Assembly: GCA_965112155.1 (NCBI GenBank)
Contig: OZ218105.1
Origin: Podarcis liolepis
Lineage: Eukaryota
Direction: 5' to 3' (one strand)
DNA: 64,000 nt
In this document: positions 12,523-23,028 of the stretch, piece by piece
Layout: each line of letters starts with the position of its first letter
How positions within the stretch are numbered: the first letter of the stretch is position 1
Notes under the pieces: generated by a model
What the model saw: only the letters and a program-made list of their open reading frames with translations
Told to the model about the DNA's origin: nothing
Databases searched by the model: none
Translations under genes and position numbers: made by a program

Positions 12523-12609
12523 CTCCTGGTATCCCATGTGCGGTTTACAATAGCCATCAACACTAAAGCCCGAGAACAGCTTATCTGTGAATATGGCCTT
12601 TTTGACAAG
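12523..12609 (+). CDS. ALOX5: ALOX5 exon 9
   Basis: 87 bp, AG/GT; [29 protein letters not shown]. Confidence 0.96.
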
Positions 12610-12720
12610 GTGAGAGAGCCTCGATTTCATAAGTTTGTACCTCTAGGAAGTGGCTTTCACATAGTTCTTTCAATGACTTTTCTCCATAAAATAAATAAAA
12701 TTAAATTAAAAAAATTAAAG

Positions 12721-13036
12721 AATTCCTTCCAGTAGCACCTTAGAGACCAAGTAAGTTTGTTCTTGGTATGAGCTTTCGTGTGCATGCACACTTCTTCAGA
12801 TACACTGAAACAGAAGTCACCAGACCCTTATATATAGTGAGAGAGTGGGGAGGGGTATCACTCAGGAGGGGGTGGGAATGGGTGATTGACTGATAGGTGT
12901 GGTAAACCTGTTGACTGTTAACAACTGCAATTGGTCTTACAGGAAAAAGCAAGAGATGAGGCGGCTTTATCATGTATAATGAGATAAGATAAAGCTATTT
13001 TTAGCCATCTCACCCCTTCCTTTTTCCTGTAAGATC
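12721..13036. mobile_element. Penelope-like element fragment
   Basis: AGTAGCACCTTAGAGACCAA..GAGCTTTCGTG..CACTTCTTCAGAT motif recalled from sauropsid Penelope ends; inverted partial copy at about 52262-52348. Confidence 0.55.
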
Positions 13037-13367
13037 AATATTTTATTCAACAGTAAGCTCCACTATATTCCGTGGATTTTACTCTGAAATACAGTACAAG
13101 TTGTAAAGGGGCTTCTTATCAGTAAAGAGATGCCCATGTTGAAGCAGATATGAACAGCTAAAATAGCAAGGCTGAATAGCAAGGCCAGACAACATGCAGC
13201 TGACACAATGCTGGCAGAAGAGAAAACACAGAACTCAAAATAGAGGCTTGGAATTATTACAAAGCTAGAGCAGACTGTAAAATAATCAAGTAAACCCAAG
13301 CCAAGGCACCAAAGAGAAAAACCCACAAGGTCGGACCTAAAGAAACCCCCCTCACAAGCCCTCTAAC

Positions 13368-13531
13368 CATAGCTGTCAGCCTTCCCTTTCTTTGCGGGAA
13401 ATTCCCTTATTCCAGTGCCGTTTCCCGCTGCTTCCTGCTGCTATCCCAGATTGTTAGATATCCCGTAGACTGTCCCCGGGACAGGTGAGGCTGCTGATCC
13501 CTTATTTTCAAACTGAATGTTGACAGCTATG
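13368..13531. mobile_element. hAT MITE related to 8835-9355
   Basis: CATAGCTGTCA/TGACAGCTATG TIR; TSD CCTCTAAC/CCTCAAAC. Confidence 0.85.
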
Positions 13532-13794
13532 CCTCAAACGGCCATGCCTTTTACATGAAGGAAACTCTCCGCAAAGTAATTTTATTTGTACTCAAGCTAA
13601 TTGCATACTTTCCAGTCTCCAGTTACTGTAACACTTGGCTTCTTTAAAACAAGCGAGCATATACCATTACGAATACTGATTTGCAGTTAAGCAGTTAATC
13701 TGTAGAGTGAGATTTTATGCTGGTTCTATTTAGGACTAGCATGACTGACTTAGGTTCATGAATTTAAGTGGGTCTACTCTGAGTAGGTCTAGCA

Positions 13795-14179
13795 TGTGCA
13801 ATTTGATTTATCTGCCGCGGTCCCCGCTAATTGATTTGCGACTCCAATTAGCGATTTATGGCCGCCCGGCACACTTCCTCTTGTGCAGCTCTCAGTTACG
13901 TCTCAGCAGAGTTTCGCACAGCGGTGTAAACTGTCACGTAGTTTTGGCTTCCAGACAAACACACACAGAGTCCAGGTTTGTCTATTTACAGCTTTTATTC
14001 CAACATTTCTCAGGAATTTCCAGGACTATTTGCAGCCATGACAAAACTGCATCCTTTCCCCACGAAGCACAGAGTGGGACTGGCTAGCTCTTCCCAAACT
14101 CCTCCCAGGTTCGAAAACTGACGTCAGAATGGTGTGGCATCATGGGAAGAACTTAACTCGTTAAGTTCCAGCCTCAACA
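13795..14179 (-). repeat. 3' LTR of Copia element
   Basis: Direct repeat of 17169-17553; contains TGACGTCA and a minus-strand AATAAA. Confidence 0.95.
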
Positions 14180-16934
14180 CCCCCCCTTGCTGCACCTTCT
14201 GACAAGACCCTTTTGAGTTCAACACCTTCCCCTTTGCCTTGTGCTTCTTCCCGGCATCTTTCCCAGGCACCTGTTGAACCCTTTCAACATTCCCAGAATC
14301 ACACTGTGCGAATTTTGCCCACGCACTTGTCGCTTGGTACCTTTCAGGTGGAATGCCCTTTGTTGTGCGACTAGACCTTCTGGGCATAAACTCAGATGTT
14401 ACCTCTGACTCACTGCCACCAGGAACTGTGTCCTCAGCATCACGGGATTCCCCCTCTGACTTAAAGCGTTTTCGAATCCTCTCCATTACACTCACAGGAG
14501 AACTAGGCTCACTCTTGGCCTCTCTTTTCACAACCTGTGGAGAAACTACAGATACCTCCTCCTGTTCCTCCTGTTCCTGACTTTGGTCAGTTACCTGATC
14601 ATCATCATCAGACTCAGCTTCTTCTTCCTCCCCCTCAGAATCTTCCTGTTCTGAGTCAGAGAGACACTCTGAGAGAACATCACGCTTGACAGCAGTCTTT
14701 GACTTTTTATCCTGCTCATAGAACTCAGCGTACTTGCTGATCAGTAACTTACTCTGATCACCTGATGGAAACGCAAACCTCCATGCACTCGCTGTTGGCT
14801 CATACCCACAGAAAATCATTTTCCGGAACTTGGATCCATCTGGCCCCTGCAAAGCAGCAGGTACTGACACAGATGCATGTGATCCGAACATACGCAAAAA
14901 ATGAATCTGGGGTTTCCTGCCATGCAACAACCTAAACGGTGTGTCACCTACCATTGAATTGTAGGTCCGATTCCAGGTGAAGCTTACATACTTGATTGCC
15001 TCCAGCCAAAACCTTGGAGGTAACCCAGAATCTTTCAGCAACACCTGTGCAGTTTTAACCAGAGCCTGACACTTCAGCCCTGCCACCCCCCACTGATTGG
15101 GTGAAGTCACTGTGTGACGTATCCCTTTCTTGCGAAAGAACTTCTGCAAAGCAGAACCTGTAAACTCAGCTCCTCTGTCACTTGTGACAGCTTGTACTTT
15201 GGTGGAAAACCTTATTTCTACCTCCTCAATCCAATGTTTGATCAGCTGTGCTGCATCATCCTTGGATTTGAGACCGTGTGTCCAGGAATTCTGTGTAAAA
15301 TCTTCCTGCATCGTAAGCAGATACCTTGACCCTCCCAGACTTGGTTCCTTCACAGGACCCCACAAATCTATGTGAATTTGTTCAAAAGGTTTTGTTGTTA
15401 TCCTCTCTACTTTCGGATAACTGCATCCTTTTACCTTTGCCAGTTTGCAAGTTTCACAACTTACAGCATGTCCACATTCTGAGATCTTACAACCTTTGGA
15501 AACTTCAGGTAGCACCTGTAGTTGTTCCAAACAACCATGAGCTGTTCGTGTATGCCAAGTATGGACACATGAATCATGATTGGGAATTGTAGCACGCAGT
15601 GCTTGTGCTTTCTCAACCTTCCCATCACCCTCCAGAGGCGTTTTAAGAATGAAGAGATCATTCTGCCCCTTTTTAACCTTGGCAAGCATCCTCCCTCCTT
15701 TGGAGATTGTGCACACATCATCCTGAAAACAAACCGTAAATCCCATTTTCAGTAAATAAGGCACAGATAAAAGACAGTGGTGCATCCCAGGAACAGTACA
15801 ACACTCCAACGTTTCCTGTAAAATAGGCATAAAGAGATTTGTAACGTTAGTCACATATTTTTTCTGTCCATTTGCAAACAGTACAGTCTTCCCAACCGGA
15901 ATTGCCTTGCAATTCCACCTCTCAACAGCAGGTGTCTCTGGAATCAAATTGCAGTTAGCTGCAGAGTCAATAACAAAATTTAGCTCTGTGCTTGTGTCAC
16001 AGCTGTCTTCAGACAAAGCCAGACTAGCTGTTATCTGATACGTCTCCTCACGTTGTTTTCCACGTCCTTCTCTTGCGTTCCCACGCTGGCCTCCTCTCCC
16101 AGACTGGTTCCCATGGAAACCCGACTGATTTCCATGATAGGTGTCCTTGAAGCCTTCCTGTCCAGCTGCCCTCACTTTCTGTGGGCAGTCTCTTTTGAGA
16201 TGACTGTGGGATCCACACACGTAGCACCGACGAGTGGAAAAAGCCTGAACAAAGCTCTCATCTGGCCTGGCCCCCCCCTTTTTCCCGGTGGAGCTCCCTG
16301 CGCCAGACTTGCTCTCCCTGAGGCGCCTCTCCTGTTCGTCAGCCAAGCGTCCTGTGACGTACGCCAGAGTCAGATCCTGCGGATTCATAGACTCCAAAGT
16401 TAGACATAAATTGTCATAGCTTTTGTCCAGAGAGCTTAGCAAAATATAAACCTTCAACTCATCTGTAAAGTTCACCTGCAACAGCCGCAGTTCATTAAAC
16501 ACAGAGAGCATCTCTGTAACATGCTGTCTTATGTCCCCACCTGGACGCAGCTTCATCTCAAACAAACGCCTGGTGGTGTGGATTTTAGCACCAGCTGTGG
16601 TCCTGTGGTGCACTCTTTCAAGAGCAGCATAAGCGTCATGCGCAGTGTCCAAACCCTCCACATGGGGCAACTCTGAACCCTCCAAACTGAGCACTATAGC
16701 TCCCAGGGCTTTCTGGTTTCTCCTCTGCGAAGCATGCGCATCTGCAATTGCTGCAGCTGCAGCTCCGGCGGCTGGTTGAGGCAGTGGAGGCCTTAAGACC
16801 GCGTCCCACAGACCCTTAGCTACCAGCCAGGCCTTCAGCTTTCTGCTCCATTCCGCCCAATTTTGGCCGTTTAACTTTTCGAAAGGCACGGAGAATGAAT
16901 CATGGCCGTCCGCTATCTCCTTCCGTTCTCCCAA
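14124..16934 (-). CDS. Copia Gag-protease-integrase polyprotein, 936 aa, truncated before RT
   Basis: KLNGQNWAEW Copia-Gag N-terminus, zinc knuckle CYVCGSHSHLKRDC, protease-like FVIDSAA, HHCC (WHTRTAH/CETC), IHIDLWGP, SDRGAEF, MIFCGY, RRSSRTTKG linker; reads through the PPT into the 3' LTR. Confidence 0.9.
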   Translation of the reverse strand: MGERKEIADGHDSFSVPFEKLNGQNWAEWSRKLKAWLVAKGLWDAVLRPPLPQPAAGAAAAAIADAHASQRRNQKALGAIVLSLEGSELPHVEGLDTAHDAYAALERVHHRTTAGAKIHTTRRLFEMKLRPGGDIRQHVTEMLSVFNELRLLQVNFTDELKVYILLSSLDKSYDNLCLTLESMNPQDLTLAYVTGRLADEQERRLRESKSGAGSSTGKKGGARPDESFVQAFSTRRCYVCGSHSHLKRDCPQKVRAAGQEGFKDTYHGNQSGFHGNQSGRGGQRGNAREGRGKQREETYQITASLALSEDSCDTSTELNFVIDSAANCNLIPETPAVERWNCKAIPVGKTVLFANGQKKYVTNVTNLFMPILQETLECCTVPGMHHCLLSVPYLLKMGFTVCFQDDVCTISKGGRMLAKVKKGQNDLFILKTPLEGDGKVEKAQALRATIPNHDSCVHTWHTRTAHGCLEQLQVLPEVSKGCKISECGHAVSCETCKLAKVKGCSYPKVERITTKPFEQIHIDLWGPVKEPSLGGSRYLLTMQEDFTQNSWTHGLKSKDDAAQLIKHWIEEVEIRFSTKVQAVTSDRGAEFTGSALQKFFRKKGIRHTVTSPNQWGVAGLKCQALVKTAQVLLKDSGLPPRFWLEAIKYVSFTWNRTYNSMVGDTPFRLLHGRKPQIHFLRMFGSHASVSVPAALQGPDGSKFRKMIFCGYEPTASAWRFAFPSGDQSKLLISKYAEFYEQDKKSKTAVKRDVLSECLSDSEQEDSEGEEEEAESDDDDQVTDQSQEQEEQEEVSVVSPQVVKREAKSEPSSPVSVMERIRKRFKSEGESRDAEDTVPGGSESEVTSEFMPRRSSRTTKGIPPERYQATSAWAKFAQCDSGNVERVQQVPGKDAGKKHKAKGKVLNSKGSCQKVQQGGVLRLELNELSSSHDATPF

Positions 16935-17168
16935 GGGGGCCCCAAGCTGTACTTACAAAAACACCAGCTCCTCTGGCTTCTCTCCCTGGAGAAACGATAC
17001 CTTGCTGCTCTCAGCTCTCAGCAACACAGGCAAATCTCTGCGTTTTTCAGCTTGCTTGCTTGCTTGCTTCCGCCTCCTACCGTGCCTCCTGCTCGAAACC
17101 GCAGATCAAAGCTCCGGCAGTATCTCCCGTGACAGTTTTACGATCGATGATTTAGGTTACCCATAACC

Positions 17169-17553
17169 TGTGCAATTTGATTTATCTGCCGCGGTCCCCG
17201 CTAATTGATTTGCGACTCCAATTAGCGATTTATGGCCGCCCGGCACACTTCCTCTTGCGCAGCTCTCAGTTACGTCTCAGCAGAGTTTCGCACAGCGGTG
17301 TAAACTGTCACGTAGTTTTGGCTTCCAGACAAACACACACAGAGTCCAGGTTTGTCTATTTACAGCTTTTATTCCAACATTTCTCAGGAATTTCCAGGAC
17401 TATTTGCAGCCATGACAAAACTGCATCCTTTCCCCACGAAGCACAGAGTGGGACTGGCTAGCTCTTCCCAAACTCCTCCCAGGTTCGAAAACTGACGTCA
17501 GAATGGTGTGGCATCATGGGAAGAACTTAACTCGTTAAGTTCCAGCCTCAACA
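17169..17553 (-). repeat. 5' LTR of Copia element
   Basis: Direct repeat of 13795-14179; only one substitution noticed by eye. Confidence 0.95.
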
Positions 17554-18181
17554 TAGCATTGGATATAACCTATTCCAGTGTCTTTCATATTATGTTTACC
17601 ATACACTTAGCTGGCAGGTTTCTTATTCTATAAAAGGAACAATAAATACAATTTTTACACAATGACTATGTAAAGGAAAGCACACATCCTTATTTCTTGC
17701 CTGGCCTGACAAGGTTGTATGCATTCTTTGGGGGACTTGGAAGTGGTCAACGGCCATGCCTTGGGCATGTGTGTCCGTCAAGGAGGTTTACAATGGCACT
17801 AATCCCACTCCATGTGGATCCATGTGCACTATATCACGGCTGCGTGATGCAGATATCAAAACTTCACTCCAGTGTGGCCTAGGCCCTCATCTCCAAATCC
17901 CCTTGTACAGTAAGATCCTCCCCATTGTTAAGAAAACTCATATTTAAGGCTATGGAACACAGGAGCCAACTCTTAGGGGCCAAGGTCCTTTTGCCCCCCC
18001 CAATAAAAGATTTGAGGGGGCTGCCCCCTCCCCAAGTTGATGGGTATTGCCATTCAAATGGTGTGTGTGTGCAATATCATGTGATCAATTACCTGTCCCC
18101 ACATGTTTTATTCAAGTTGGCCCCTCTTCTATGGAGCCTCCATTCCTTAATTCTCTCTTCCACTTGTTTTGGGCGCCAAAG

Positions 18182-18360
18182 GCCAATGCCACCGGAGGAG
18201 GAGGGCTTGCGCAGATACTCCAGCGAGCGATGAAGCACCTCACCTACAGTTCCCTGTGCTTCCCTGAAGAAATCAAGGCAAGAGGCATGGAAAGCACGGA
18301 GGACATTCCATACTACTTTTATCGGGATGACGGTCTCAAAGTGTGGGAGGCCATAAAGAG
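18182..18360 (+). CDS. ALOX5: ALOX5 exon 10
   Basis: 179 bp, AG/GT; [59 protein letters not shown]. Confidence 0.96.
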
Positions 18361-18805
18361 GTAGGAGATGGTCGGAAATAAATTTTATTTTGTCATGCTG
18401 AGAACCAGGAAATCTAACGGAGACCTTGGAAGTGTGAATCTACCTATTGCATGTTCCTTTTAACAATGGTCCACACGAGGTGCTTTTTGAAGGAGCTGAG
18501 AATCGTCACATGGCCACTAGGTCATAGTGAATCCATTTTGTTTTGCTCTGTGACAGATGACTCATATTATTGGCAGGGGACCAGTATTGGGGATGGTCCT
18601 GTTAGCCACCATTTTAGAAGGGTCTAATAGGCATGGCTCTGCCACCTACCTCTACAAAGTCTTCCCTATAACCCTTGAGTTGAATTTCTCAACATTTCTT
18701 TGTTTGCTCATATCGTTTATCCAGATCGACTCATACTATATTTCTAGGAGTATCTGTCTGGACCTAGCTGCCTGCCTAGTCGGGTCCTCCCTTAAAGAGG
18801 GCATG

Positions 18806-19557
18806 TGTTGCGGTGAGACCTGGCAACCAAACCCTGTGTTGTGGGTGGGTTCAACTGAATAACCACAACTCCCAATTGGTAGGTCCCTTGATGCTGGGTT
18901 TAATCAGGCCAATGGGACGCAAGCTAAATGGATCAAATGACCTATATTTACCCATGCACGTGACACAGAGCTTCCTCTTTCGGTGCGTGCATCGGAACAC
19001 CCGCCCACCTCTCCCTACTTTTAGGGCTTTGTGCTTGGACCTTACTATGCCGTCGTGTGTCGTCTGTCATTGGGACAGGGGCACGGCAGGAATTTTCCCC
19101 ACTTGGCTGATTGGCTGGCGCCATTTGGGTTTCACCTGCTGTGTAGCAAATCATCACAACTTGCAGATAGGCTCTGGTTCAGGTGATAGGGATGGGAGAA
19201 TGCTCTCGCCATCCCTATGTGAAGGGTATTCCATTAGAGGAATCCAGGGACTTGATGGTTTGGGCAACCCCTGTGAGGGGGTTGTGCCCGTGCCTGAGTC
19301 CAGGAGGACATTTGGGTGGCGGAGATAGCCTGTTCCCGGCTTTCTGCTTATCCAGGTGTTCACCCTTGGCTGACCTATTCTAGTGCCCTGGGTCAGCGCT
19401 ACTTGCAAGGGTGCAGGGAGCTAGTCAAACCAGAGCCTATGCAACCACTCACTTGCTGTAATCAATAAAGTTGTGGCCTAAATTCTGCCAAAAACCAAAC
19501 CAAAATTTGAGTCTTGTCTGAATTTAAGGGGGAGGTTTAAAGGTCTGAACACGCAAA
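18806..19557 (+). mobile_element. Probable solo LTR (ERV/Gypsy-like)
   Basis: Begins TGTTGCGGTGAGACC, ends GGTCTGAACACGCAA (imperfect inverted ends); AATAAA at 19464; TSD not resolved. Confidence 0.5.
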
Positions 19558-20343
19558 TACAGACAACCAGCTTGCCATGCGATAAGGATTTGTACAATGG
19601 CTTTGCTGGGTTGTCTGCAGAGCCAGAAGTAGAAATCTTGGCACCTGAGATTTGGCAACATGAAACATGCCCTTTATGACATAAATAATCCCCAGATGAA
19701 GAGTGGTATAGAATCAGAGAATCTTAGAATTGTAGAGTTGAAAGGGACTCCTGCTACCTGTTGTAACAAATCACATCATAAAGCCTTGCGGAAGACACAC
19801 AGTTTACCCATGACAGAAATTATCTTTCTGCCTCATTCAGCCGTAGACTTCTCACGTGTAAGGAAACACACAAGAGAAGCAGAGGTATGCTGCCATCAGC
19901 ACGTGATTTAGTGACCTCCATGCTTTCGAGGGTAAAGATCAGAAACAGGGAGCCTTCTCTACTCATGGAGTCTTCCCACACAATTATAAACCCTGCTTCT
20001 GAAAAATATATTGGCTCCGCCCAGAGACGTATGTGGAAGCAAGATGGGCAAGGTACCACTGGACACCATTAAGGAAAATTTCAAAATATAATTCATCCAG
20101 ACTTTTTATTCTGTCTCTAACCTAACGGGATGCTGAGTATTGACATACAAAGCAGCCTGCTGTTGTTTTTCTACAGGGAAATACAGATTTTTCCAGATAC
20201 CGCGAAAGCTTGCGGCCCTCCCACTTCCCAGTTGCATTTTTTACAAAAGTTATATGTGCGTGTGTGTGTGTGCACTCAGTGTTAACGGAGCAGTTCAAGA
20301 GAATGTAAAAGCTTTTAGTCACTTTCCTTTCTGTTTTCTGCAG

Positions 20344-20465
20344 CTTTGTGACAGATGTTGTGGACCTCTATTACGATAGCGAAGAGATGGTTTGTGAAGA
20401 CGTAGAACTCCAGGCCTTTGTGAAGGACGTCTATGTTTATGGGTTGAGAGGAACCAAGGCTTCAG
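20344..20465 (+). CDS. ALOX5: ALOX5 exon 11
   Basis: 122 bp, AG/GT; [40 protein letters not shown]. Confidence 0.95.
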
Positions 20466-21605
20466 GTGAGATCTGCTAGCCAGATTCTCTGTCCTGTGGC
20501 ATTGCTGGCTAATGAACAGAAATGCATTCCTCCTTTGATCTGAAGCTGAGAGATGTAAAATTTCCAGCAAATGAATCCATTCCTCTCCTGGAATAAATGG
20601 AAATTTGGAAGACAATCTGAAATGTATGCAATGCTTTCTTATCACCCCATTCAAAAGTTACAGAAAATAAGATATTAATAACAAAAGAATAGGCACGACA
20701 AGCAAAAAAATTACTGTTAGCACAAGCGTTTCTCAATATATCACATATGTGCTCTGAACTTCACTTGTAAAATAAATATGAGCATTGCCATAATTGATAA
20801 AGTATCTGCTAATCTCTTGAAAAAAATACAAAAAATTCATTAATTGTGTTCTACCATTTACTTGCATTAGGGACATTTTTATTCATGCCTATTCTAGCCA
20901 CTATAATAATGTGTGATAAAAGTTAACATCAATAATTTGGGCTTTTTAAAAAAAGTGAATGAAAACATTTTAAGATCCAAGTCAAATCGATATATTGTTG
21001 ATATCAATCCAGATCTTTCTTTCTTTCTGCATTCAAATTTTATTTATTAATCAGGTTGAAAGCAGCATAGGGTTGGACACTAGCAATGAATTTAGTGCAA
21101 AACATTTAAAGAATAGGAAAATTTCCATAATCTGGTAGGCTGGTTTATATGTATTATTTTGTAATAAATTAGCTTAATCATAGGGTCCAGGGTCCAGGTA
21201 AGTTCATATGGAGAAAGGTGGTTCTTGAGGCATTGCAGTCCTGAGCCGTTTAAGGCTTATAGGTCAAAACCAGCATCTGAATTGGGCCTGGGAGTTAATT
21301 GGCAGCCAGTGCAGTTGGACCAGGATTCTTGCCCCAGTGAGCAACCTGGCAACTAGCTGAAGCTTCTGAACTGTGTTCCGAGGCAACCCTATGTATAGCG
21401 CATTTCAGTAATCCAGCCTAGAAGTTACCAGAGCATAGACAACAGAAGTTAGGCTGTCCATGTTCAGATAGGGGGGCAGCTGGGCTACCAGCCAAAGCTG
21501 ATGGAAGGTAATCCACACCACTGAGGCCACCTGAGGCTCAAGCAACAGAAAAGGATCCATAAGTAGCCCCAACCTTTGTAGCTGCTCCTTCAGAAGGAGT
21601 ATAAC

Positions 21606-22218
21606 CTAGGACCCTCATACTTACTGGACCGCCTCTCCTGGTATGTCCCACAGAGGACCCTAAGGTCCATGAATAATAATAGCTTGAGGTCCCGGGCCCT
21701 AAGGAAGCCAGACTATCCTCCACCAGGGCCAGGGCTTTTACAGTGATGGCTCCGACCTGGTGGAACGCTCTGTCCCATGAGACTAGGACCCTGCAGGACT
21801 TGATCTCCTTCTGCAGGGCTTGTAAGACAGAGCTATTCCGCCTGGCTTTCAATTGGAATTAGCCTGATCCTCTCTTCCCTTTCCCCTTTCCTCTTCTATG
21901 AAGACACCCTTTCTGGGACCCCACATTTGAATTCTTCCCTGTTCCTCTTGCTGGCCCTAGTAGGACCAACTTGGCCAGTTAGCCCTGGTGATCATTTGAT
22001 GTCTACTGACTGGGTTTTTTGTTTTCCCCCAAAATGACCCCTGAATTTTTGAATTTTATTGATATTGATGCTGCATTTTATGTTGTATTTTATGTTGTTT
22101 TATACTGTTTTTAAGTTGCATTTTAATCAATGTTTTATATTTGCTGTTAGCCGCCCTGAGCCCAGTTTTTAAATCGGGAAGGGCAGGGTATAAATAAAAA
22201 TTTATTATTTATTTATTA
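21606..22218 (+). mobile_element. L2-type LINE 3' fragment, back-to-back with a minus-strand fragment at about 21210-21605
   Basis: AGGGCTTTTACAGTGATGGCTCC..TGGAACGCTCT core; GTTAGCCGCCCTGAG..GGGTATAAATAAA tail. Confidence 0.7.
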
Positions 22219-22407
22219 TCAAGAGCAGACAAGCTCCCCTTTCATCTGGTCTCATCTCATGGGACAGTGAAAAATAAATGTTGTGTTTCCAGGTGGAGGA
22301 GAATTCAGAAAAGTTCCACAGCCTTCCTTTAGTTTATTAATTACTAATATTACTACTACTACTACTACTACTACTACTCTTATTAATTTAACTCTTTCTT
22401 CTTTCAG

Positions 22408-22508
22408 GATTTCCTAAGACAATAAAGACACGCCAGAAGCTGTCAGAATATCTTACCATAGTGATCTTTACAGCATCTGCACAACATGCAGCAGTAAATT
22501 TTGGTCAG
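22408..22508 (+). CDS. ALOX5: ALOX5 exon 12
   Basis: 101 bp, AG/GT; [34 protein letters not shown] (His/Asn iron ligands). Confidence 0.97.
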
Positions 22509-22668
22509 GTACAGTTTATCTGGAAGCAATTCTGTCCTTGAAGTGGGTTTACACACCAGTCCAGCCAGTCTGATAAAGAAATATCAACAATGAGAATGGT
22601 GGGGTCACCTGAGTGCCTGTTAAAAGGCATAGAGCAGCCTAACCAAATTTTTGTCTTCCAGGTGATTT

Positions 22669-23028
22669 GGACGCGGGTAGCTCTGCAGTCTAAACCACTG
22701 AGCCTAGGGCTTGCCAATCAGAAGGTCGGCAGTTTGAATCCCTGTGACGGGGTGAGCTCCCGTTGCTCAGCCCTAGCTCCTGCCCACCTAGCAGTTCAAA
22801 AGCACATCAAAGTGCAAGTAGATAAAGAGGTACCGCTCCGGCGGGAAGGTAAACGGCGTTTCTGTGCGCTGCTCTGGTTCGCCAGAAGCGGCTTTGTCAT
22901 GCTGGCCACATGACCCGGAAGCTGTCTGTGGACAAACACCAGCTCCCTTGGCCTATAGAGTGAGATGAGTGCCACAACCCCAGAGTCGTCCGCGACTGGA
23001 CCAACGGTCATGGGTACCTTTACCTTTA
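22669..23028 (+). mobile_element. Sauria SINE (lacertid POM-type)
   Basis: tRNA-like head GGACGCGGGT..TAAACCAC..GAATCCC, body GCTGGCCACATGACCCGGAAG, ACCTTT tail. Confidence 0.88.

Larger units (their letters stand above)
13795..17553 (-). mobile_element. Ty1/Copia-type LTR retroelement, non-autonomous (no RT/RNase H), in ALOX5 intron 9
   Basis: Two 385-bp LTRs (TG..CA), TAGCA TSD at 13790-13794 and 17554-17558, PBS GGTTATGGG after the 5' LTR, purine tract before the 3' LTR, Gag-PR-IN domain order. Confidence 0.95.

Noticed and set aside
14124-16934. Domesticated Gag-derived host gene
   Set aside because: Near-identical LTRs, TSD, PBS and PPT indicate a recent insertion rather than an ancient fixed gene.
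22669-22760. tRNA genes at SINE heads
   Set aside because: These are tRNA-derived SINE 5' regions continuing into SINE bodies, not complete cloverleafs.
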